A stretch of 64,000 nucleotides of DNA, from NCBI GenBank assembly GCA_963751275.1, contig CAVVTZ010000007.1:864001-928000 (forward strand), in the 5' to 3' direction. Below are positions 21,601 through 28,883 of the stretch, piece by piece. Under the pieces are notes generated by a model. That model saw only the letters and a list, made by a program, of their open reading frames with translations, was not told the DNA's origin and ran no database searches. The stretch's first letter is position 1; each line of letters starts with the position of its first letter. The DNA is from an uncultured Gemmatimonadaceae bacterium. GTDB lineage: Bacteria; Gemmatimonadota; Gemmatimonadetes; Gemmatimonadales; Gemmatimonadaceae. The translations under genes and the position numbers were made by a program.

Positions 21601-22010
21601 GCTACCTGCCGGATGACTATCTCGGCGTGCCGGAGGTGAAGCTCGGCTTCTACCGGCGCGTCTCGGCGGCCAGCGATCCGGCGGAGATCGACGCGATGCG
21701 CGCCGAGCTGCGCGACCGGTTCGGCCCGCTGCCGCCGCCCGCCGAGGCGCTGCTGCACGCGGCGCTCTTGCGGGTGTTGGGGGGCCGGTTGGGGATCGAG
21801 GGCGTGCTGGTGCGCGGCGACGAGGCGCGTATTACATTTAGGGCTGATGCGGCGCCTCGATTGAAGGGGCTGACCGCGGCCTTCCACGAGGTGCAATTCC
21901 AGGCCGAAGTCCGCCGCACGAACCCGCTGTCGCTCAAGCTGACGCGACTGGGAGGCGCTACGCTGCTGGATGGCCTCGCGCGGGCGCTGAGAAGCCTGAC
22001 ACGATCCTGA
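18681..22010 (+). CDS. mfd: Transcription-repair coupling factor
   Basis: UvrB-like N-terminus, CarD/RID (GDYVVHLEHGVG), MDRLLVGDVGYGKTE, DEEHRFGV, QLRGRVGR, TRCF domain. Confidence 0.96.
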   Translation: MLTALLDAVEALPLFARLAGSLPAPRARTTAGGLPGSSDAALAAALSRGAGSGRVFMVVTATIAEAERWLADLEALLGAGGAALYPPREGFGEIEPHLEVAGERVETLERLARGEVRMLVTTARAVLERTRLPSVVRTARLELKVGDAHRLESLADHLRAVGFEQVPLVDEVAQFSVRGGIVDIYSFGMAGPVRLEFFGDEIASLRHFDIATQLSTRDAERAVVLPVEAPARAEDDERELPASAGERGALTDLLPPDALLILPSHAHLEPEMRRAWDEAQHHAELARRRGEDTPGRDELFRSPADALGDLAAFGTIAVVERSADPEAEPAQFLFPLRPPEPVERDIKRLRRLVDDGMPTIILCDNAGQAERLDELLSESAARPSSAGLAVGVLDGGFVVPPAGGHAGLRVLTDHEIFRRERRIRRARRYASGAAGAVNVAALLAGDYVVHLEHGVGIFRGIERIFVGESTIEAAVIEYEGGDRLNVPLYRIDQIERYRAARDTDDDSPPPRLHKLGGRSWARQRDRTRAALQEMTEELLVLYARRRVASKQPAHPDGSWQRQLESSFLFEDTPDQRRATVEVKRDMESPRPMDRLLVGDVGYGKTEIAVRAAFKAVQSGRQVAVLVPTTILAEQHGRTFGDRLADFPIKIATLSRFQSAKEQAAVLVALAAKQIDIVIGTHRLLSPDVKFADLGLVIVDEEHRFGVKHKERLKQLKLETDVLTLTATPIPRTLHQSLAGLRDMTVIETPPRDRSPVLTFVEPWDDGLIEEGIARELDRGGQVFFVHNRIETIEAIADHVRRLAPRAAVAVAHGQMRERDLDDVMRRFVAGEITVLVSTLIVESGLDVPNANTMFVSRADHLGLAQLYQLRGRVGRSHRRAYCYLLVPDEVDPDAERRLEVLEHHTELGAGYRVAMKDLEMRGAGNLLGPEQSGFVQAVGFELYLKMLEQTVHRVMRGPDAPAIIPADVTLDAPSYLPDDYLGVPEVKLGFYRRVSAASDPAEIDAMRAELRDRFGPLPPPAEALLHAALLRVLGGRLGIEGVLVRGDEARITFRADAAPRLKGLTAAFHEVQFQAEVRRTNPLSLKLTRLGGATLLDGLARALRSLTRS

Positions 22011-22095
22011 TCCTCTTTCGTCTGCCGCAACGCGTGATGCGTCGGACGGGCCCCGCTTCGCCAGTCACGATTCACGCCCACACCCACCCGATCAC

Positions 22096-23556
22096 ATGAA
22101 GCGTCGCACCGTTCTCGCCCTCACCGCCGCCCTCACGCTGTCCTTCGGCGTCGCCGCCTGTCAGGGTCTCAAGGAAGCGCTCACCGCGCACGTCAACGTC
22201 GCCGCGAAGGCCGGCTCGCAGGAGCTCTCGGTGGACCAGCTCAGCAAGCTGCTGGCCGGCGTGCAGGTGCCGCTGACCCCCGACATCGCCAAGGCGATCG
22301 CGAACATCTGGGTCGACTACCAGCTGCTCGGCACGGCGGCGGCGCGGAACGACACGCTCAACGACCCGAAGCTCGTGGACGACGCGCTGTGGGCGTTCCT
22401 CGCGCAGCAGCGCGTGGGCAAGTATCACGAGCAGATCGTGAAAACGTACAACGTGCCTTCCGTGGCCGGCCCAGCGGAGTACGCCAAGGGCACCTATCTC
22501 GCCGCGCAGCACATCCTGTTCATCGTGCAGCCGACGGCGACGCCGGCGCAGAAGGACTCGGTGCGCCGCGAAGCGCAGAAGGTGCACGGCATGCTGACGT
22601 CCGCGAACTTCTCGCAGATGGCCGAGAAGTACAGCGGCGATCCGGGTTCGGCGGGCAAGGGCGGCGAGCTCGGCATCTTCCAGAAGGGGCAGATGGTGCC
22701 GCAGTTCGAGCAGGCGGTGCTGGCGCTGCAGCCGGGCCAGATCTCGGGCCTGGTGGAGACGCAGTTCGGCTTCCACATCATTCGCCGGAACACGTACGCC
22801 GAGGTGAAGGATGAGTTCGAGCGCGCGGCGAACGGGCCGGCGATCCAGAAGGCCGACAGCATCTACATGACGGGCCTCGAGACGGCGGCCAACATCGTGA
22901 TCAAGCCGGATGCGGCGACCACGGTGAAGACCGTCGTGACGGATCTCGACGCGCACACGAAGGACAACACCGTGCTCGCCACGTACAAGGGCGGCGACTT
23001 CACCGTCGCGCGGCTCGTGCGGTGGCTGGAGGCGGCGCCGCAGAAGGAGCAGATGGCGGACCAGGTGCGGCAGATGCCGGACTCGTCGGTCACCGGCATC
23101 CTGAAGCAGATCCTGCGCAACGAGCTCGTGCTCAAGGCGGCGGACAGCGCGAAGGTCGTGATCGATTCCGCGGAGATGGCGACGATCCACCAGCGCTACA
23201 CGGCGGCCGTGGTCAACTCGTGGACGCAGCTCGGCATCACGCCGACGGTCCTGGCGGACAGCGCCAAGACGTCGGCGGCGCGCGAGAAGGTGGCGGCCGG
23301 CATGGCGAACGCGTTCATGATGCGCTTGATGAACCAGCAGGCGCAGTTCGTGGCGATCGCGCCGCCGGTGGAGAACGTGGCGCGCGCCAAGTACGGCGCC
23401 AACGTGAACACCGCGGGGCTGCAGCGCGCGGTGGAGATGGCGACGAAGGCGAAGAAGACGGCCGATTCGCTCAAGGCCGCGACGCGCCCGCCCAGTGAGG
23501 TCCCGATGGGGCTGCCGCCCGCCGCGCCGCCGGCTCCGCCGAAGCCGAAACCCTGA
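22096..23556 (+). CDS. Parvulin-type peptidyl-prolyl isomerase lipoprotein
   Basis: Lipobox VAAC; AQHILF, SGDPGSAGKGGELG, MVPQFE and VETQFGFHII rotamase motifs. Confidence 0.88.
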   Translation: MKRRTVLALTAALTLSFGVAACQGLKEALTAHVNVAAKAGSQELSVDQLSKLLAGVQVPLTPDIAKAIANIWVDYQLLGTAAARNDTLNDPKLVDDALWAFLAQQRVGKYHEQIVKTYNVPSVAGPAEYAKGTYLAAQHILFIVQPTATPAQKDSVRREAQKVHGMLTSANFSQMAEKYSGDPGSAGKGGELGIFQKGQMVPQFEQAVLALQPGQISGLVETQFGFHIIRRNTYAEVKDEFERAANGPAIQKADSIYMTGLETAANIVIKPDAATTVKTVVTDLDAHTKDNTVLATYKGGDFTVARLVRWLEAAPQKEQMADQVRQMPDSSVTGILKQILRNELVLKAADSAKVVIDSAEMATIHQRYTAAVVNSWTQLGITPTVLADSAKTSAAREKVAAGMANAFMMRLMNQQAQFVAIAPPVENVARAKYGANVNTAGLQRAVEMATKAKKTADSLKAATRPPSEVPMGLPPAAPPAPPKPKP

Positions 23557-23593
23557 ACCGGACCGCCATTCAGCGTCCGGGGTATTCGAGAGC

Positions 23594-24937
23594 ATGAATC
23601 TCAGTCGCAGTGCTCGGTCCCTGTCCGTGCTCGCCGTCATGGCGGGCACGGCGGGGTTCGCGCGCGCCGGCGTGGCGCAGAACATGGCGCCCGTGTCGGC
23701 CGGCACGGTGGACGGCGTGGTCGCGATCGTCGGCAGCGACGCCATCCTCCGCACCGATCTCGAGGAGCGGATCGTCGCCTACCGCGCGAGCGGTGCGACG
23801 CTCCCGACCGATTCCGTGGGGCAGCGCGCGCTCATGGAGCGCTTCCTCAACGAACTGATCGACGAGGACCTGCTCATCCAGAAAGCGAACGAGCTGAAGG
23901 TGACGGTCAGCGAGAGCGACTACGCACCGACGGTGGACAAGCAGATCGCGCAGATCCGCAGCCGGTTCACCAGCGAGGCGGAATTCCGCAGCGAGCTCCG
24001 CAAGGCGGGCTTCGGCACGCCGGAGGAGTACCGCAAGTTCATGATGGATGGCGCCCAGAAGCAGGCGCTGCAGCAGAAGCTCTTCGAGAAGCTGCGCGAG
24101 GACAAGAAGATGCCGAACGTGCCGGTGACGGACGCGGAAGTGGACGCGTACTTCGCCGCGCATAAGGGGGAGATCCCGCGGCTGCCGTCGTCCGTGACGC
24201 TGCGGCAGGTGGTGGTGACGCCGCAGCCGAGCCCGCACGCGGACTCGGCGGCGTTCTGGCGCGCCGACTCCATCTACAACCAGATCATGAAGGGCGGCGA
24301 CTTCGAGCAGATCGCGAAGCGCGTATCGGAGGACCAGGCCACGCGCGAACTGGGCGGCGATTTCGGCTGGCGGCGCCGCGGCGACTTCGTGCCGGAGTTC
24401 GATCAGGTCTATTTCGGCATGCTGCCCGGCCACGTCAGCCCGCCCTTCCGCACGACCATCGGCTGGCACATCGTGCGCGTGGACCGCGTGCAGCCGTCCG
24501 AGGTGAAGGGGCGCCAGATCCTGATCCGTCCGAAGATCGATTCGGCGGACATCGCGAAGGCGCGCCTGCGGGCGGACAGCGTCGCGGCCGCATGGCGCAA
24601 GGGCGCGAAGTTCGATACGCTCGCCAAGAAATACCACGATCCGACCGAGGAGAAGGCGATCCTCAATCCCTTCCCGCAGGCGCAGCTGCCGGTGGAGTAC
24701 CAGACCGCGTTCAAGGGGCACAAGGCCGGCGACATCCTCGACCCGTTCACGATGATGGACAAGTCGCGGGGCGTGCCCAAGTTCTTCGTCGTGGAGATCG
24801 TGACCATCGACAATGACCGCGATGCGTCGGTGGCCGATTGGCGCGACCGGATCCGCGATCAGCTCGCGCAGGAGAAGGCGATCCGCCGCTATCTCGACAA
24901 CCTCCGGCGCGAGACGTTCGTGGTGGTGCGCCTCTAA
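23594..24937 (+). CDS. surA: SurA-like chaperone/PPIase
   Basis: VDGVVAIVGSDAIL SurA N-domain followed by two parvulin-like domains; upstream of pdxA. Confidence 0.85.
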   Translation: MNLSRSARSLSVLAVMAGTAGFARAGVAQNMAPVSAGTVDGVVAIVGSDAILRTDLEERIVAYRASGATLPTDSVGQRALMERFLNELIDEDLLIQKANELKVTVSESDYAPTVDKQIAQIRSRFTSEAEFRSELRKAGFGTPEEYRKFMMDGAQKQALQQKLFEKLREDKKMPNVPVTDAEVDAYFAAHKGEIPRLPSSVTLRQVVVTPQPSPHADSAAFWRADSIYNQIMKGGDFEQIAKRVSEDQATRELGGDFGWRRRGDFVPEFDQVYFGMLPGHVSPPFRTTIGWHIVRVDRVQPSEVKGRQILIRPKIDSADIAKARLRADSVAAAWRKGAKFDTLAKKYHDPTEEKAILNPFPQAQLPVEYQTAFKGHKAGDILDPFTMMDKSRGVPKFFVVEIVTIDNDRDASVADWRDRIRDQLAQEKAIRRYLDNLRRETFVVVRL

Positions 24938-24940
24938 GCC

Positions 24941-25201
24941 GTGCGCGTGGACCTCGCGCTCAAGCGGCTGCTCCTCGTGAAGAGCCGCACCGAGGGAAAG
25001 GAGGCGTGCGACGTGGGAGCCGTATTGGTGAACGGCGCGCGCGCCAAGGCCTCCGCGGAAGTCCGCACCGGCGACCGCGTGCGCATCGACTTCTCGGACC
25101 GGACGCTCGAGATCCAGCTCACCGGCGAGATCGGCAAGAGCGTGAGCCGCGCCCAGGCGAAGACGCTGTACACCATCGTGCGCGACGACCGCGCGCCGTG
25201 A
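24941..25201 (+). CDS. S4-domain RNA-binding protein (Hsp15/RqcP-like)
   Basis: MRVDLALKRLLLVKSRTEGKEACDVGAVLVNG...AKASAEVRTGD S4 signature. Confidence 0.85.
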   Translation: MRVDLALKRLLLVKSRTEGKEACDVGAVLVNGARAKASAEVRTGDRVRIDFSDRTLEIQLTGEIGKSVSRAQAKTLYTIVRDDRAP

Positions 25202-26175
25202 CGCGCCCCGCGTTTCGGCCCAAGTTGGCGGTCACGCTCGGCGATCCCACGGGCATCGGGCCGGAGATCGTGGCCGCGGCCGCGGCGAACTCGCGCGTGC
25301 GCACGGCGTGCGATCTCGTGATCGTCGGCCCGGAGGGGACCGGCACGCCGGTGCAGGAGTCCGTGGGGCGCTGGAGAGGCGGAGCGTCTTATGGAAAGTT
25401 GCCCGCCGAATTGCCTCCCGAGTTGGCCGCCGAGTTCGCGGCCGGGTTGGGCGCCGAGATGGACGCCGAGTCGGCCGGCGCGCTCGCCGCGAAAGCGATC
25501 ATGCGCGCGGTGATGCTGGCGGAGCGCGGCGACGTGGCCGGCATCGTCACCGCGCCCATCGACAAGCACGAACTGCATTCGGCGGGGCATTTCGATCCCG
25601 GTCACACCGAGATGCTCGCGCGCCTTACGCACGTGCCCGTGGCGATGATGCTGGCCTCCGACCGCTTGCGCGTGATCCTCGCCACGACGCACATCGCGCT
25701 GCGCGAGGTGCCCACGATGCTCACGGGAGAGCGGATCGCAGCGACCGCGAAGATCGCGATCAAAGGACTCCGCGACTGGTACGGCATCGCGCAGCCGCGG
25801 ATCGCGCTCTGCGCGATGAACCCGCACGCCGGCGACCGCGGGAGCTTCGGCAGCGAAGACGACACGGTGCTCGCCCCCGCCGCGCGCGAGGCCGGCATCG
25901 CCGGACCCTTCCCGGCGGACACGGTGTTCGTGCGCGCTATGCAGGGCGAGTTCGACGCCGTGATCGCGCCATACCATGATGTGGGGATGACGGCGATCAA
26001 GGTCGCCTCCTTCGGGAGCGCGGTGAACGTCACGCTGGGTCTTCCGTTCCCGCGCACTTCCCCCGATCATGGCACCGCCAAGGACATCGCCGGCACCGGC
26101 CGCGCGAACCCGGAGAGCATGGTGCTCGCGATCCTCGAATGCGCCCGCATCGCCAAGGTGATCCATGGGGCATAG
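25198..26175 (+). CDS. pdxA: 4-hydroxythreonine-4-phosphate dehydrogenase
   Basis: TLGDPTGIGPEI, VTAPIDK, GHTE, NPHAGD, YHD and RTSPDHGTA motifs. Confidence 0.92.
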   Translation: MTRPAFRPKLAVTLGDPTGIGPEIVAAAAANSRVRTACDLVIVGPEGTGTPVQESVGRWRGGASYGKLPAELPPELAAEFAAGLGAEMDAESAGALAAKAIMRAVMLAERGDVAGIVTAPIDKHELHSAGHFDPGHTEMLARLTHVPVAMMLASDRLRVILATTHIALREVPTMLTGERIAATAKIAIKGLRDWYGIAQPRIALCAMNPHAGDRGSFGSEDDTVLAPAAREAGIAGPFPADTVFVRAMQGEFDAVIAPYHDVGMTAIKVASFGSAVNVTLGLPFPRTSPDHGTAKDIAGTGRANPESMVLAILECARIAKVIHGA

Positions 26176-27100
26176 CCACTCGCACGGCGGACATGCGCAC
26201 CATCATGGTCACTCGCACGAGCACAGCGACGGCGGCGCCGACCAGCAGCGCCGGCTCACGATCGCGCTCACGATCACGGCCATCCTGCTGGTGGCCGAGT
26301 TCGCGGGCGGATGGATCGCGAACTCGCTCGCGCTCCTCGCCGACGCGGGACATTTGCTCACCGACGTGGCGGCGCTCGGTCTCTCGCTGCTCGTCGCGGT
26401 GCTGAGCCGCCGCCCCGAGACCCCCAAGCGCACCTACGGCTACCGCCGCCTCGAGATCCTCGCCGCCTTCGCGAACGGCTCGACGCTGCTGCTCATCTGC
26501 GCACTCATCATTTGGGAAGCGGTCGCGCGCCTGCGGCACCCCGAGCCGGTGGCCGGTCCGCTGATGCTCGCCGTGGGCGTGCTCGGCCTCGTCGCGAACC
26601 TCGCGTCGGCGCGCGTGCTGCACCCCGCGAGCCACGACAATCTGAACATGCGCGGCGCCTATCTCCACATCCTGGGCGACGTGCTGGGCTTCATCGGCAC
26701 GATCGTCGCCGCGCTGATCATCTGGCGCACCGGCTGGCTCCCGGCCGACACCATCGCCTCGATCTTCGTCACGCTGCTCATCGTGCGCGGCGCCTGGGCG
26801 CTCGTGCGCGACTCGGTGGACGTGCTCCTCGAATCGACGCCCTCCTACATCTCACTCGGCAAGGTCCGCGAGCAGTTGGAGGCGATCCCCGGCGTCGAGA
26901 GCGTGCACGACCTTCACGTGTGGACCGTCACGTCCGGTGTGGTCGCCATGAGCGCCCACGCCATCGTCCGGCAGCCCGAGCGCCACCAGCACGTGCTGGA
27001 GCATATCCACGACGCGATGGCGCTGTTCGGGATACAACATTTGACGATTCAAATGGAACGGCAGGAGATGTTCGAGAAGGAAGGGCACAGGCATGCGTAA
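26165..27100 (+). CDS. czcD: Cation diffusion facilitator (Zn/Co/Cd) transporter
   Basis: His-rich N-terminus, SLALLADAGHLLTD, TYGYRRLE, NMRGAYLHILGD, HDLHVW. Confidence 0.9.
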   Translation: MGHSHSHGGHAHHHGHSHEHSDGGADQQRRLTIALTITAILLVAEFAGGWIANSLALLADAGHLLTDVAALGLSLLVAVLSRRPETPKRTYGYRRLEILAAFANGSTLLLICALIIWEAVARLRHPEPVAGPLMLAVGVLGLVANLASARVLHPASHDNLNMRGAYLHILGDVLGFIGTIVAALIIWRTGWLPADTIASIFVTLLIVRGAWALVRDSVDVLLESTPSYISLGKVREQLEAIPGVESVHDLHVWTVTSGVVAMSAHAIVRQPERHQHVLEHIHDAMALFGIQHLTIQMERQEMFEKEGHRHA

Positions 27101-27110
27101 CGGCGAACGG

Positions 27111-27261
27111 CGACTGACGATTGACGACTGACGACTGACGCCTGCCCCGTTCGGTACCGTTGCGCCAGGCAGCTCTTTTCGTGATACTCTGGGCCGCGCC
27201 CATGACATCGCTCCCTCGCCGCACCCGTAGTTTGCAGGCGTCAATCGTCAGTCGTCAGTCG
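27111..27261. repeat. Inverted arms of heptamer tandem repeats (CGTCAGT/CGTCAAT)
   Basis: 27111-27145 (cgactga cgattga cgactga...) and 27234-27261 (gcaggcgtcaatcgtcagtcgtcagtcg). Confidence 0.8.
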
Positions 27262-27290
27262 ATGTTCGCCACACGCCCTTCTCCGAGCCC

Positions 27291-28883
27291 ATGCCTCACT
27301 TAGATCGCTTCCTCTCCGCCCTCCTCACCAACGGCGCGACGGCCCTGCTGCTGCAGGCCGACGACTGCGCGCAGTTCGATTTCGCGGGGAGCCCGCGGCC
27401 GGTCACGAAGCAGCCGATCACCGGGGCGCAGCTCGCGGCGCTCATGAAGGAGATCGCGCCCGCCGACCTGCACGCCGACATCGACGCGGGGCGCGACATC
27501 ACGTTCAAGTACCGCACCACCGAGTGGGGCTTCAACGCGCGCTACGGGCTCGCGGCGGGACGCCTCGCGGCGAGCATTCGCCCCGAGAGCGCCAACGGCG
27601 ACGACGAGCAGGGCGCGACCACCGCGGCTGCGACGCCCGCGTCGGCCGCCGAGGCCGTTGCCGTGGCGGCGAATCCGGCGCGCGCCGAGATCCGCGTGAA
27701 CGCGGATTCCGAGCCCGCCGACAGCGCCTACCGCGATGAGCTCGAGACGCTGCTGCGCCGCCTCGTGGTGGATGGCGGCAGCGACCTGCACCTGCGCGTG
27801 GGCGAGCCGCCGGTGCTGCGCAAGGATGGCGAGATGAAGCGGCTGAAGGACGAGCGGCCGATGGACAACGCGCGGCTCGAGGTGATGCTCCGCACGATCA
27901 TGCCCGAGCGGAACCGCGATGAGTTCGCGGCCATCAACGACAGCGACTTCGCGTATGAGATCACCGGCGTCGCGCGCTTCCGCTGCAACGCGCTGCGGGA
28001 CCACCACGGCGCGGGCGCGGTGTTCCGCGTCATCCCCGCGAAGGTGGTCACGGTGGAGCAACTCGGCCTGAGCGAAGAGGTGCAGCAGCTCTGCAATCTC
28101 ACGCGCGGCCTCGTGCTCGTCACCGGGCCCACCGGCAGCGGCAAATCCACCACGCTCTGTGCGCTGGTGGACCGCTGCAACGCCACCCGCAACGACCACG
28201 TGATCACGATCGAGGACCCGATCGAGTTCGTGCACCAGAACAAGAAGTGCGTCATCACGCAGCGGCAGGTGGGCGTGCACACCAGCTCCTTCAAGCACGC
28301 GCTGCGCGCCGCGCTCCGCGAGGATCCGGACATCGTGCTCGTCGGCGAGCTGCGCGACCTCGAGACGGTGTCGATCGCGATCGAGACCGCCGAGACGGGG
28401 CACCTCGTGTTCGGCACCCTGCACACCACCGGCGCCGCGCAGACGATCGACCGTCTCATCGACCAGTTCCCCGCGGATGCGCAGGAGCAGATCCGCGTGA
28501 TGCTCTCCGAGAGCCTCAAGGGCGTCATCTCGCAGACGCTGTGCAAGAAGATCGGCGGCGGCCGCGTGGCCGCGCGCGAGATCCTGCTCAGCACCCAGGG
28601 CGTCTCCAACCTCATTCGCGAGGGGAAGACCTTCCAGCTGCAGAGCGTGCTCCAGACCTCGAAGAAGATGGGCATGGTGCCGCTCAGCGATGCGCTCATT
28701 GACCTCGTGGACACGAACCAGGTGGAGCCGCAGGAAGCCTACTTCAAGGCGAACGACAAGCCGGGCTTCGTGAACCTGCTGAAGGCCAAGGGCCACGACA
28801 TCTCCTTCCTCGACGGCGTCGAGCTCGCCGCGACGATGGGCTCCGCGCCGCCGCCGGCCGCGCCCGCCGGCAAGGGCCGCTGA
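27291..28883 (+). CDS. pilT: Type IV pilus retraction ATPase with extra N-terminal domain
   Basis: GSDLHL, GPTGSGKSTT, TIEDPIE, ALREDPD, GELRD, TGHLVFGTLHT motifs. Confidence 0.92.
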   Translation: MPHLDRFLSALLTNGATALLLQADDCAQFDFAGSPRPVTKQPITGAQLAALMKEIAPADLHADIDAGRDITFKYRTTEWGFNARYGLAAGRLAASIRPESANGDDEQGATTAAATPASAAEAVAVAANPARAEIRVNADSEPADSAYRDELETLLRRLVVDGGSDLHLRVGEPPVLRKDGEMKRLKDERPMDNARLEVMLRTIMPERNRDEFAAINDSDFAYEITGVARFRCNALRDHHGAGAVFRVIPAKVVTVEQLGLSEEVQQLCNLTRGLVLVTGPTGSGKSTTLCALVDRCNATRNDHVITIEDPIEFVHQNKKCVITQRQVGVHTSSFKHALRAALREDPDIVLVGELRDLETVSIAIETAETGHLVFGTLHTTGAAQTIDRLIDQFPADAQEQIRVMLSESLKGVISQTLCKKIGGGRVAAREILLSTQGVSNLIREGKTFQLQSVLQTSKKMGMVPLSDALIDLVDTNQVEPQEAYFKANDKPGFVNLLKAKGHDISFLDGVELAATMGSAPPPAAPAGKGR

